A stretch of 64,000 bases of DNA, taken from a bacterium. GTDB taxonomy: Bacteria > CSSED10-310. The DNA is taken from assembly GCA_049652745.1 (NCBI GenBank), contig JBASEY010000042.1, positions 6,153 to 70,152 on the forward strand, in the 5' to 3' direction. The notes under the pieces are model-generated. The model saw only the letters and a list, made by a program, of their open reading frames with translations. It was not told where the DNA came from and made no database searches. The translations under genes and the position numbers were made by a program. Shown here piece by piece: positions 39,599 to 49,130 of this stretch; position 1 is the stretch's first letter, and every line of letters starts with the position of its first letter.

Positions 39599-41005
39599 AT
39601 GGCGATCAACAGAGGTGAAAAAATAAAAATTTTATTGCAATCAGAAACAAGTTTGGATCATGTGGTCATTACCGGCTGGATTCGGCAGAAGCGTGAAAGC
39701 AAATCATTGTTGTTTTTACTGATCAATGACGGCTCGTGCCTATCGGGAATACAGGTTGTAGCTGAATCCCATCTTGAGAATTTTGAATCGGTCAGGAAAA
39801 CATCGATTGGATCGAGTGTTCGTATCTCGGGTCGTCTTGTCGATTCACCAGGCAAAGAGCAGAAATATGAAATTCATGCCGACCAAATCGAGATTTTCGG
39901 TGAGTGCGACGATGACTACCCTCTTCAGAAAAAACGGCATAGTTACGAGTTTTTACGCTCGATCGCTCATTTGAGACCTAGAACCAACAGTTTTGGGGCG
40001 GTTTTTCGTGTTCGGAATGCCGCGGCATATGCCATTCATGAATTTTTTCAGGAAAAAGGCTTTTTTTACATTCACACGCCGATAATCAGCAGCTCGGATT
40101 GTGAAGGCGCCGGTGAGATGTTTCAGGTCACAACTCTCCCTTTGCACAATGTGCCAATGAGGAAAACCGATCAAGGTGGGCTGGAAGTGGATTTCTCTCA
40201 GGATTTTTTCAAAATTCCGACAGGTTTGACGGTCAGCGGGCAGCTTGAAGGAGAGTTGTTTGCAATGTCCTTGTCGGAAATTTACACCTTCGGCCCGACA
40301 TTTCGAGCAGAAAACTCCAATACACCTCGACATGCGGCGGAATTCTGGATGATCGAGCCGGAAATGGCGTTTTATGATTTGGACGATAATATCGCTCTAG
40401 CAGAGTTGTTTATCAAAGAAGTCACTCGGCGCGTGCGCCGACGATGTGAAGACGATCTGGCATTTTTCAATGAGCGGATCGATCCAACATTGTTTGAACG
40501 ATTGGACGCGATAGAAAAATTCACGTTTGAGATACTGACTTATACCGAGGCGGTTGATTTGCTTAAAAAGTCAAACAAAACGTTTGATTTTCCCGTTTCT
40601 TGGGGTATGGATTTACAAACGGAGCACGAACGGTATTTGACGGAGGAATTGATTAAAAAGCCGACTTTTGTCCGGGATTATCCGTTGGATATCAAAGCGT
40701 TTTACATGCGTCGCAGTGATGACGGCAGAACAGTCGCCGCTATGGATCTTCTGGTGCCTCGTATCGGTGAGATAATCGGCGGCAGTCAGCGTGAAGAACG
40801 GTTGGATGTTTTAAAGGAGCTGATAGAACTCAAAGGCCTGGATATGAAAAACTATTGGTGGTATCTGGATACTCGGCGTTTTGGCTCGGCTCCTCATGCC
40901 GGTTTCGGTCTTGGATTTGAACGGCTGCTTCAATACGTGACCGGAATGGCCAACATACGTGATGTCATTCCTTTTCCGAGGACTCCGGGGAATGCGGAGT
41001 TTTAG
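39599..41005 (+). CDS. asnS: asparaginyl-tRNA synthetase
   Basis: Class II aaRS motifs (FRAENSNTPRHAAEFWMIEPEM, GSAPHAGFGLGFERL). RBS AAAGGAG 8 nt upstream of the ATG at 39599. Confidence 0.9.
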   Translation: MAINRGEKIKILLQSETSLDHVVITGWIRQKRESKSLLFLLINDGSCLSGIQVVAESHLENFESVRKTSIGSSVRISGRLVDSPGKEQKYEIHADQIEIFGECDDDYPLQKKRHSYEFLRSIAHLRPRTNSFGAVFRVRNAAAYAIHEFFQEKGFFYIHTPIISSSDCEGAGEMFQVTTLPLHNVPMRKTDQGGLEVDFSQDFFKIPTGLTVSGQLEGELFAMSLSEIYTFGPTFRAENSNTPRHAAEFWMIEPEMAFYDLDDNIALAELFIKEVTRRVRRRCEDDLAFFNERIDPTLFERLDAIEKFTFEILTYTEAVDLLKKSNKTFDFPVSWGMDLQTEHERYLTEELIKKPTFVRDYPLDIKAFYMRRSDDGRTVAAMDLLVPRIGEIIGGSQREERLDVLKELIELKGLDMKNYWWYLDTRRFGSAPHAGFGLGFERLLQYVTGMANIRDVIPFPRTPGNAEF

Positions 41006-41591
41006 TGTTTTCTTTTTGTTCGGCGTCGCCGGCATGTAATGTCTGTTCACCATCTTTCAAGACATTTAGTATGTTTTGACGTGAAGAGCCTATCCAGCGT
41101 TCAGGAAGAAGATAGTCTATCCATTCGTCCGGTAAAACGTTTACAGTCGCCGCAGCGCCATTGACGATTTTCAGGCTGACAGAAGAATTGTCGATCCAAG
41201 GCCTGGTTGATGGAATAAGATAGACAATTGTCAGAATGGCTCCGGAGATCGCCAGGCCTTGTACCAGCCCTAGAAGTCCGCCCAGCAGGCGGTTAAGAAA
41301 GCTCAGGTTGGCCAATGATACGATTCGGTGCATCAAAGCTGCCAGTATGAACCCGGCAAGAGAAGTCAAGGAAAAGATAATGATGAAAGAGAGCAGTTTG
41401 CCGACAAAAAAATCTTTTGCGCCGAAAAACTGACCGATTGCAACTCCCAGCGGCCGAGCAAAAGCCATGCTTAAAACGATACCACCGATAATGCCTAGCA
41501 AGCCTAGAACCGTTCGGATAAACCCCTTGAAAATTCCGGTCACCGTAGGTGCCACAAGAATACAGACTATAAAATAATCGAGGGTGTTCAT
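40965..41591 (-). CDS. cvpA: CvpA-family membrane protein (colicin V production protein)
   Basis: Typical CvpA N-terminus (LDYFIVCILV...GIFKGFIRTVLGLLG) and 4 TM helices. Confidence 0.8.
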   Translation of the reverse strand: MNTLDYFIVCILVAPTVTGIFKGFIRTVLGLLGIIGGIVLSMAFARPLGVAIGQFFGAKDFFVGKLLSFIIIFSLTSLAGFILAALMHRIVSLANLSFLNRLLGGLLGLVQGLAISGAILTIVYLIPSTRPWIDNSSVSLKIVNGAAATVNVLPDEWIDYLLPERWIGSSRQNILNVLKDGEQTLHAGDAEQKENTKTPHSPESSEKE

Positions 41592-42769
41592 ACTGCCATC
41601 TTCCCTTTATCATAGTGCTGAAGGATATGTTCCGCTGCAACACGGGCGCCCTGGGCGCATGCGGCTTCAGTTGAGCCGGGAGCATCAGCCGGATTTCGAC
41701 TCATCAAATCTTCCAAATAATGTTTCCAGTTACCTTCAAGCAAAACTTTCCGGGGAATATATATACCGCAATTCCAATAGGGCATTTGTTCCATGATCAC
41801 ATCATATTCTCGGAACGGACCTCGATCGGTGTAAAGCATTCGAGTATGATTGACGGCACATTCGGACACGATTCCATACCCCGGTTTGGTGACGACGACA
41901 TCCACTGCTCCAACAAGATCGGGATATTTTATACCATATGATTCAAGCGGTTTCAATTCCGTTATCTGCATGCTGTTCATTGGAAATGTAGTAAGCAATC
42001 GAAAATCTTGTAATTGATTCGAAGCTCCTAAAGATTTTCCATCCAAACCCATTCCTCCGAACGAAAGCAGTACGAGAGGTCTTGTTTCCGTGTGTAAGCC
42101 AAGGCGTTTTCTGACCACACTTTTAGGCAGCGTGGCTTTTCTGCCCAGCATAGGTATATCGGAAATCGTCGGGAACGTACCCATTGCCGGCGCATATGGC
42201 AACCGTAACAACTCATCACAAAGGGAATACTCATTTCTCATGCCGTCAGCGATTTCTGCGACTTTGGGATAGTCATCGATCCATGCGTCGTAGATCCAGT
42301 CCCACGAAAAATTCGTTACGGCGAGGCTGGGTATTCCCACCGACCGAGCCAACATATGCGCGGCGGATGGTATATCGCTGACGACACATCCGGCTCGGTG
42401 AGTTTTCAGTGAAGATATTTCTGTTTGACAAATTTCCGGAAACCTGTCTTTTAACTGTTCAAACTCCCGTATAGTCTCTGGTACATCCATTGAAATGCCG
42501 TCTTTTTGCACTACGCCGATGTCCATTTTACAATACGTGACAGTGTAGTCCGGACACATCTCGGCAAAGATTTTTCGTGATGCCCATGACCTGATATAAA
42601 TGGGAATGTCGGGTCTGAAACGCTTTAAAGCATCGATGACTTCGATAGATCGGGTTGCATGGCCGAAACCATGTCCCGAGATATAGTAAAAAATCGATCG
42701 CTCCGATGCCCGGCTGGGCGTGGGGAGACGTTCATTATCGTTGTTTTTTCGATTCACGAACCTGTTCAC
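41588..42769 (-). CDS. GT-B fold glycosyltransferase-like protein (MurG/GT28/GT1-like)
   Basis: N-terminal Gly-rich ISGHGFGHATR motif and C-terminal KPGYG...E region, typical of GT-B nucleotide-sugar binding. Family assignment tentative. Confidence 0.45.
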   Translation of the reverse strand: MNRFVNRKNNDNERLPTPSRASERSIFYYISGHGFGHATRSIEVIDALKRFRPDIPIYIRSWASRKIFAEMCPDYTVTYCKMDIGVVQKDGISMDVPETIREFEQLKDRFPEICQTEISSLKTHRAGCVVSDIPSAAHMLARSVGIPSLAVTNFSWDWIYDAWIDDYPKVAEIADGMRNEYSLCDELLRLPYAPAMGTFPTISDIPMLGRKATLPKSVVRKRLGLHTETRPLVLLSFGGMGLDGKSLGASNQLQDFRLLTTFPMNSMQITELKPLESYGIKYPDLVGAVDVVVTKPGYGIVSECAVNHTRMLYTDRGPFREYDVIMEQMPYWNCGIYIPRKVLLEGNWKHYLEDLMSRNPADAPGSTEAACAQGARVAAEHILQHYDKGKMAV

Positions 42770-42779
42770 ACGTTGTCAT

Positions 42780-44228
42780 TCAAGTGTCGTTCGAGCGTTT
42801 GACACGTTTTTTTCTTGTAAAACCGGATGTGTTGAAACCTTCCTGCAGAGCTCGCCACAGCGATATTTTCCAACGTTTTCGATAGATAAACAGAAAGCTG
42901 ATTCGATGAATGAGAGTGAAGACGACATTGGGAGGCCATTTCAGCAACGGTTTTATCAAGGGAAACAGCGCAGGATAATTGAACAGAATATAAAAAAACT
43001 TATGTAAATTCACGCTTTGGCGTATCGCAGGCTGTTGTAGAACGCTGTTTGAATGGTAGTTGGGTTCGATTGCATCGACATCCAGGTGGGGAACCAGCTT
43101 TTCCGCTAAAACCATATCACCTAGTTCCGTTCGAGGATAAGGTTGAAATACCGAGCACCATGTGAAGGTTGGATTGAGTTCCCAGGTAAAGGTCACCGTT
43201 CGAAACGCCTGCTCCAACGTTTCATTGGGAAGGCCAAGAATATTGGTTGTGCAAAAATTGATTTTATACTTGTGGAACAACGCCGCCGCTTCTTTCAACT
43301 GAGCGTCGGTGATGTTTTTATTCAAAATTTCATTTCTTAATCGTTCATCCCCTGTTTCGACACCGATAACCACGTTGTAGCATCCGGCATCTTTCAATGC
43401 TTTGACGGTTTCGTCATCGATGGAATCCGCTCGTGCATAGCAGATAAAAGGCAAATCGAAGTTTTTTGCATATTTGTCACAAAATTCCAGCAGCCAGGTT
43501 TTGTTTACGGCAAATTGGTCGTCTTCGAATAGAAACGTTTCAACCGGCCAACGCTTTTTCAAGGCTTTCATCTCGTCAATTACATTATCGACGGATCGCC
43601 GTCTTATATAAGCGCCTTTACCCTTATAGAGTTTTTTCATGCTGTGATTGAAACAAAACGCGCAATTGTGTGGACAACCTCTGCTGGAAATCAATCTTTT
43701 AATAGGGTTGTCCTTGATCAAGGGGTATCGATAAAGGGACTCCCGGTTGACAAACGGCAGGGAATCCAGATCTTCGATAAGGGGTCTGACGGGGTTCCGA
43801 ATGATTTGGCCGCCTATTTTGACGTGGATATTTTCTACATGCTGAATGTCATCGGGAATTTTTTCTACAGCGAGAATTTCCGGAAGAACATATTCCCCTT
43901 CTCCGACACAGATCATGTCCAGGTATGATGAATGAGACAAAATTTCGGGAAAAAACGTCGGATGTGGTCCTCCCATTATCGTAGTGATATCGGAGCTGAT
44001 TTCTTTTTTGATATGTTCGCACAGTTGGTGAGCCCAAAGTTGTGTTCCCGTCACCGTGCTGAATGCGACAAATCGAGGCTTTGAGCGGTTGACTTCTTTT
44101 AGGAGGTCCTTGTCTTTCCCAATGACGATATCGGCTTTAAACCCGGCTTTCCGGGCGGCCGCCACCAGGCTCATAGCGCCTAAAGATTCAAACCAAATGT
44201 TTTGCAAAAATAAAATATCCACTCGCAC
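42780..44228 (-). CDS. B12-binding domain radical SAM protein
   Basis: N-terminal cobalamin-binding Rossmann region. CxxxCxxC (CPHNCAFC) radical SAM cluster motif. Confidence 0.85.
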   Translation of the reverse strand: MRVDILFLQNIWFESLGAMSLVAAARKAGFKADIVIGKDKDLLKEVNRSKPRFVAFSTVTGTQLWAHQLCEHIKKEISSDITTIMGGPHPTFFPEILSHSSYLDMICVGEGEYVLPEILAVEKIPDDIQHVENIHVKIGGQIIRNPVRPLIEDLDSLPFVNRESLYRYPLIKDNPIKRLISSRGCPHNCAFCFNHSMKKLYKGKGAYIRRRSVDNVIDEMKALKKRWPVETFLFEDDQFAVNKTWLLEFCDKYAKNFDLPFICYARADSIDDETVKALKDAGCYNVVIGVETGDERLRNEILNKNITDAQLKEAAALFHKYKINFCTTNILGLPNETLEQAFRTVTFTWELNPTFTWCSVFQPYPRTELGDMVLAEKLVPHLDVDAIEPNYHSNSVLQQPAIRQSVNLHKFFYILFNYPALFPLIKPLLKWPPNVVFTLIHRISFLFIYRKRWKISLWRALQEGFNTSGFTRKKRVKRSNDT

Positions 44229-44463
44229 TGTTTACCGTTTCTTCGGTCTCAGGTCAAGATCATCACCATGGACTGGTCTTCAAACAACCTGGAACGACGT
44301 TCTTTTCTTAGCGCCATGCCGAAGGGTGTTTTTGAGGGAACGACAAATTCACAAGCATGCCCGGCCATGTTTTCAACTCGATATCACGATCTTTTGAAAT
44401 GAAATTTATATTTTTATCGCTCCAATTTTACAAAAAATCAGACTTTTGCCAGAATAGGCTAGG

Positions 44464-45735
44464 GTGCGAACACGGATTGGGAGGTGTTTTATAGTGAATC
44501 ATTTCGGCAAAATAAAATGGTTTCTGGTGTTGATGTTTTTATTTCCTCGTGCGGTGTATTCAAATGCTGTGATTTACCCTGTTTTTGCGGATGGATGGCT
44601 TGTAGCCGGCAATAAAACCGTTGGGACGGCGGTTCGCCTTATGCGTGTCGGGATGTGGTCGGAGGCTCAGGAGGAACTGCAAAAGTCGGTATGGAATCGA
44701 CCGCGAAATCATGCCGCTCAATTCAATTTAGGCGTGTGCTATGAACGTGTCGGGCAGCTTGAAAACGCCAAACGTTTTTACCAGCGTGCCGTCGATCTTC
44801 GTCCGGAGGCTCTTTATTGTGAAGGACTGGCTCGTTTGGACGGCGTCGCAGGCAGGGGCGCTGAATTTGTCAAGTTTTTAATACCCTGTGATAGTTCGTG
44901 TAACCATGGATATGTATTTGCCAGAGCCGGCATGTGGGAATATGCCTCCCGGCTATTTGAAAATGCTTATCATTATCGATCGAATGCCACCACGGCTTTG
45001 AACCTTGCCGTGGCTTATGAAGTGTTGGGCAATCGTCGGGACGCCGATCGAATGATTCGGAATGCATCGGCATTGGGTAGTAATCAGCAATATTTGTCCT
45101 TCGCGCACTATCTGTCATCATCGTCGGATTTACCGTTGGAGATGGCGATATGTTTGCCGGATATTACGACCGTTACCGATATGCCGGTATTGAAAACAGC
45201 ATTTATCATCGGTGACAACGCAGTATTGCGTTTGAGTCCGTCGCACGACTCCCCTGTCTTGGCGCAGTTGCGCCAAAATACCCGGGTCGATGTTCTGTCG
45301 CTCTCATCGACGTGGACACGGGTTCGAACTCACCAAAACAAAGAAGGATTTTTACCGACACTGTTTCTCTCTTCAGAATATGTTACAGAAAAAACGGCAG
45401 TTCATGGTTATTCAACTGCGCATTCACAGGCTGCCGTAATAGAAGAGCATGAAGAATATGATGAGTATGAAGATATTTATGAACAGATTTTTGAAAATCC
45501 CGAGCCTTCGATTACCGTGACGATTCCTGAGGATGGAAACCGTGTAGCCATACGTGAAAAACCATCGTTGATGGCTGAAATAACGGGATATTTGGAGCCG
45601 GGGGATAGTCTGGAAGTCAGGGAAAGCGATGTTTCATCCTGGTATGAAATTGTTGATGATTCGCGGCCTCAAGGGTTTATCTTAAAAATGCATACCAAGG
45701 CGCTCGAAAAGCGCCTTCTTGGCGATGAGAACTGA
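44464..45735 (+). CDS. secreted TPR protein with two C-terminal bacterial SH3-like domains
   Basis: Signal peptide. TPR-like repeats. Two SH3b-like segments near the C-terminus. Confidence 0.5.
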   Translation: MRTRIGRCFIVNHFGKIKWFLVLMFLFPRAVYSNAVIYPVFADGWLVAGNKTVGTAVRLMRVGMWSEAQEELQKSVWNRPRNHAAQFNLGVCYERVGQLENAKRFYQRAVDLRPEALYCEGLARLDGVAGRGAEFVKFLIPCDSSCNHGYVFARAGMWEYASRLFENAYHYRSNATTALNLAVAYEVLGNRRDADRMIRNASALGSNQQYLSFAHYLSSSSDLPLEMAICLPDITTVTDMPVLKTAFIIGDNAVLRLSPSHDSPVLAQLRQNTRVDVLSLSSTWTRVRTHQNKEGFLPTLFLSSEYVTEKTAVHGYSTAHSQAAVIEEHEEYDEYEDIYEQIFENPEPSITVTIPEDGNRVAIREKPSLMAEITGYLEPGDSLEVRESDVSSWYEIVDDSRPQGFILKMHTKALEKRLLGDEN

Positions 45736-45740
45736 GCGGC

Positions 45741-45755
45741 GCGCTCTGCGAGCGC
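45741..45755 (+). terminator. stem-loop GCGCTC-TGC-GAGCGC directly after a stop codon
   Basis: 7-bp GC-rich stem with a 3-nt loop. The same 15-mer recurs at 49079-49093. Confidence 0.45.
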
Positions 45756-46060
45756 GGTTCCTGGTTTCTGGTACTGGGTTTCTGGTTAGGTTTTTCAGTA
45801 GATTCATTTTTGGTGAGTCACCTATATGGTGGTAGATAACTATAGTTTCTTAAGTCGAACCACTTGGTGATTGGTTATTGGACATTGGATATTGGATATT
45901 GAATCTTCCATCCCTTGCCCCTTACCTCTTACCCCTGCTTCTTGCTTATAAAGCTAACCATTTGGATATTGGACATTCGGTCATACTTGATACTTTTGTG
46001 ACCATGATGTATAATAACTACAAAGTTTGCATTCTTTGAGATAGCGACGGATTTTATCGC
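45756..46060 (+). repeat. intergenic repeat element, copy A, carrying the promoter and RBS of the downstream gene
   Basis: Shares the GGTTCCTGGTTTCTG 5' motif, ATTGGAN heptad tandems (45877-45904), polypyrimidine tract CCCTTGCCCCTTACCTCTTACCCCTGCT and 3' motif GGATTTTATCG.TG.CCTTTGAAAGAAGGAG with copies B and C. Contains TTGATA-17nt-TATAAT (45987-46015). Confidence 0.6.
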
Positions 46061-46066
46061 TGACCT

Positions 46067-49000
46067 TTGAAAGAAGGAGCCAACATTATGAAACATTATT
46101 GCTGGTGGATAAAAACGTTAGTTGTCATCTGTATTCTGTTCGGATGCCAACTCGCCTCTTCAATGGCTGCGGTCACCATCGATGTGGAGATGCGTTTGAA
46201 TGACGGCGGCTTTGTATCGTATGACCATTTTCAAGCCGATTTGTATCTGAATAACTTGGGTCGAATGGTGTCGGATGCGAGTATATTCGGAATACTCGAG
46301 GTAATGGGTGAGTTTTTCTTTTGGCCGTCATTTTCGAGTGAAGTTGATTTTGAGTTGATGGATATAAAACCTGGCGAAACGGTGGTGACTATTCTAGCGT
46401 TTGATTTCGGTGACATCGAGGATTTCATCCCGTTCGGGCCGATGGTTTTCTGGGGAGCCTGGTTTTTGGATATGGAAACGTGGAACTACGATTCTCAGGA
46501 GTTTTGGTTGGGTCCAGAGCATAAATGGACGCCGACCCCTACGCCTACACCGACATCTACGCCTGCATCCACAATAATAGTCTCAGAAATGGTTTTCATT
46601 CCTCCAGGAACTTACATGCGTGGTTCACCGGACGATGAACCCTGTCGTTTCGCAAATGAAATCCGCAGGCAGATCTCTCTGACTCGTGGGTTTTATATGA
46701 TGCAAACGGAGGTGACCCGTCGGATGTGGGCGGATCTGAAATCCGTTCAGCCGGATTTGCCGGATGATCCGAGCGCAACGGCATTCAGCCCGACGATGGA
46801 TCATCCTGTACAGAATGTTACATGGTTTGATGCAGTATTGTTTGCAAATCTCATGTCACTTCAGGAAGGGTACAGGCAGTGCTACTATCTGGACCAGGTT
46901 TTCATGACGCCGTTGGATGCGACGAATTACACTTCGAATTCAGTCTATTGTGATTTCAATGCAAATGGATATCGTCTGCCTACTGATGCGGAATGGGAAT
47001 ACGCGTGCCGAGCAGGATCGGTCGGGCCGTTTTCATGCAGTGACCCCGATTTTACCGATTTGACTTGTCAATCTTGTGTACCGGGAACTCATCCGGAATT
47101 GGAGCGGCATTGCGTGTATTGTGCCAATAATTGGAATGGACCTGAAGTTGTAGGCAGTAAGTATCCGAATATGTGGGGCTTATATGATATGCACGGGAAC
47201 GTGTTTGAATGGTGTTGGGATTGGTATACCGTGAATCCATCGAGACCATTTGTGGATCCGACGGGACCGGAAACCGGCATACATAGAGTGGAGCGCGGTG
47301 GTTCATGGAGCGTCTACGCACAAAACTGCCGCTCGGCGATTCGGAGCAAGAACACGCCTTACAACCGAGACAACAATCGGGGTTTTCGTCTTGTCAGAAG
47401 CGCTACCGGGTTTATTTATATTCCTGGAGGAACATACACGCAAGGTTCACCAGACGATGAACCCTGTCGTCAGAGTGATGAAGACCAATATCACGTCACA
47501 CTGACCTGCGGATTTGACATGATGGTTACGGAGGCGACTCGGCAGATGTGGGCGGATCTAAAGCATTTTCTGAGCAGCTTTCCGGAAGACCCGAGCGATA
47601 CGAGTATCAGCCCGTCAATGATTCATCCTGTGCAGAATGTCACATGGAACGAAGCCGTATTATTTGCGAATATCTTGTCGATAAAGCGTAGGTTTGTTCC
47701 GTGCTACTATGCTGATGCGGAATTTACGGATGCCATAAATCTGAATAATTACACCTCAGATACAATTTTTTGTAATTTCGACGCTAACGGATATCGTCTG
47801 CCTACCGAAGCGGAATGGGAATATGCGTGTCGGGCAGGGACGGTCTGGCCGTTTACATGCTATGAGCCGAAGTATAACACCCGTAATTGTGAAACCTGTG
47901 AAGAAGAAACACATCGAACACTGGAACAGTACTGCGTCTATTGTGCAGCCGGCCAGACAGGAGCGAGTGTTGTCGGCAGCAAAAATGCCAATCAATGGGG
48001 GTTTTACGACATGCATGGCAATGTGAATGAATGGTGTTGGGATAGATATGGTTCGTATCCATCGGGCTCTGTAACGGATCCGACGGGACCGGAAACAGGA
48101 TCAAATCGAGTGGCACGGGGTGGCAGTTGGAACTGTAGCGCACGGAGCTGTCGGTCGGCGAATCGCAACAGCATTGCTCCGGACAGCCGTAGCCACCTTC
48201 TAGGTTTTCGCCTTGTGAGGAAGCCTATGGAGCTTACTCATATTTCCTCAGGAGATTTCAATCAAGGTCCATCATGGTATTTAGAACCTTGTCGTGACTC
48301 CTCTCTTGAAATCGGGCGTCACGTTACGCTGACCAGAGATTTCGAAATAATGCTTACAGAGGTGACCCGGCAGATGTGGGCTGATTTGAAGGCTGTTTGC
48401 CCGATGTTGCCGAACGATCCGAGCGACGAGACGGTGAGTCCGACGATGGATCATCCCGTGCAGAATGTCACATGGAATGAAGCTGTATTATTTGCGAATC
48501 TGATGTCGGCAAAGGACGGCTACAGGCAGTGCTATTACAAAGATGCTTATTTCACGTTGGTGCTAAGTGTGACGAATTACAATGAGCGCTTTTTCTTTTG
48601 CGATTTTGAAGCGGATGGGTACCGCCTTCCCACTGAAGCGGAATGGGAATATGTGTGTAGGGCTGGGACGACCGGAGCGTTTTCATGCGATGAGCCGTAT
48701 TATGATAGCTATAATTGTGAATCCTGTGATCCGGGAACGCTCCTGGATCTGGAACAGTATTGCGTCTTTTGTGCAAATTCTTCGAATGGTGCTGAGCTTG
48801 TCGGCAGTAAGCTTCCTAATCCATGGGAATTGTATGACATGCATGGCAACGTGAGTGAGTGGTGTTGGGACTGCTTTGAAAAATATCCATCGAAGCCTGT
48901 TGTAGATCCGACAGGAGGACCGCAACCCTGCCCTCTCGATTCACGCATAGAGCGAGGCGGCAGTTGGGATCACCCCGCGAAGTTCTGTCGGACGGCAAGT

Positions 49001-49072
49001 CGATCTTTTAGTAACTCCCGCACCCGTAAAAATTATCGGGGTTTTCGTCTTGTCAAAACGGTATTCCGCTAA
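46067..49072 (+). CDS. lipoprotein with three tandem FGE-sulfatase (SUMF1/GldK-like) domains
   Basis: Lipobox LFGC. PTPTPTPTSTP linker. Three repeats of about 277 aa, each with YRLPTEAEWEY.CRAG, YDMHGNV.EWCWD and RGGSW motifs. DNA-level period about 831 bp (domains begin near 46568, 47411, 48242). Confidence 0.8.
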   Translation: MKEGANIMKHYCWWIKTLVVICILFGCQLASSMAAVTIDVEMRLNDGGFVSYDHFQADLYLNNLGRMVSDASIFGILEVMGEFFFWPSFSSEVDFELMDIKPGETVVTILAFDFGDIEDFIPFGPMVFWGAWFLDMETWNYDSQEFWLGPEHKWTPTPTPTPTSTPASTIIVSEMVFIPPGTYMRGSPDDEPCRFANEIRRQISLTRGFYMMQTEVTRRMWADLKSVQPDLPDDPSATAFSPTMDHPVQNVTWFDAVLFANLMSLQEGYRQCYYLDQVFMTPLDATNYTSNSVYCDFNANGYRLPTDAEWEYACRAGSVGPFSCSDPDFTDLTCQSCVPGTHPELERHCVYCANNWNGPEVVGSKYPNMWGLYDMHGNVFEWCWDWYTVNPSRPFVDPTGPETGIHRVERGGSWSVYAQNCRSAIRSKNTPYNRDNNRGFRLVRSATGFIYIPGGTYTQGSPDDEPCRQSDEDQYHVTLTCGFDMMVTEATRQMWADLKHFLSSFPEDPSDTSISPSMIHPVQNVTWNEAVLFANILSIKRRFVPCYYADAEFTDAINLNNYTSDTIFCNFDANGYRLPTEAEWEYACRAGTVWPFTCYEPKYNTRNCETCEEETHRTLEQYCVYCAAGQTGASVVGSKNANQWGFYDMHGNVNEWCWDRYGSYPSGSVTDPTGPETGSNRVARGGSWNCSARSCRSANRNSIAPDSRSHLLGFRLVRKPMELTHISSGDFNQGPSWYLEPCRDSSLEIGRHVTLTRDFEIMLTEVTRQMWADLKAVCPMLPNDPSDETVSPTMDHPVQNVTWNEAVLFANLMSAKDGYRQCYYKDAYFTLVLSVTNYNERFFFCDFEADGYRLPTEAEWEYVCRAGTTGAFSCDEPYYDSYNCESCDPGTLLDLEQYCVFCANSSNGAELVGSKLPNPWELYDMHGNVSEWCWDCFEKYPSKPVVDPTGGPQPCPLDSRIERGGSWDHPAKFCRTASRSFSNSRTRKNYRGFRLVKTVFR

Positions 49073-49078
49073 TCAGGT

Positions 49079-49093
49079 GCGCTCTGCGAGCGC
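49079..49093. terminator. bidirectional stem-loop GCGCTCTGCGAGCGC between convergent genes
   Basis: Identical 15-mer hairpin to 45741-45755. Followed by GTGCTGAG x2 and a GGTTTTTCA motif shared with copy A. Confidence 0.45.
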
Positions 49094-49130
49094 TTCAGTG
49101 CTGAGTGCTGAGTTATAGGTTTTTCACTCG

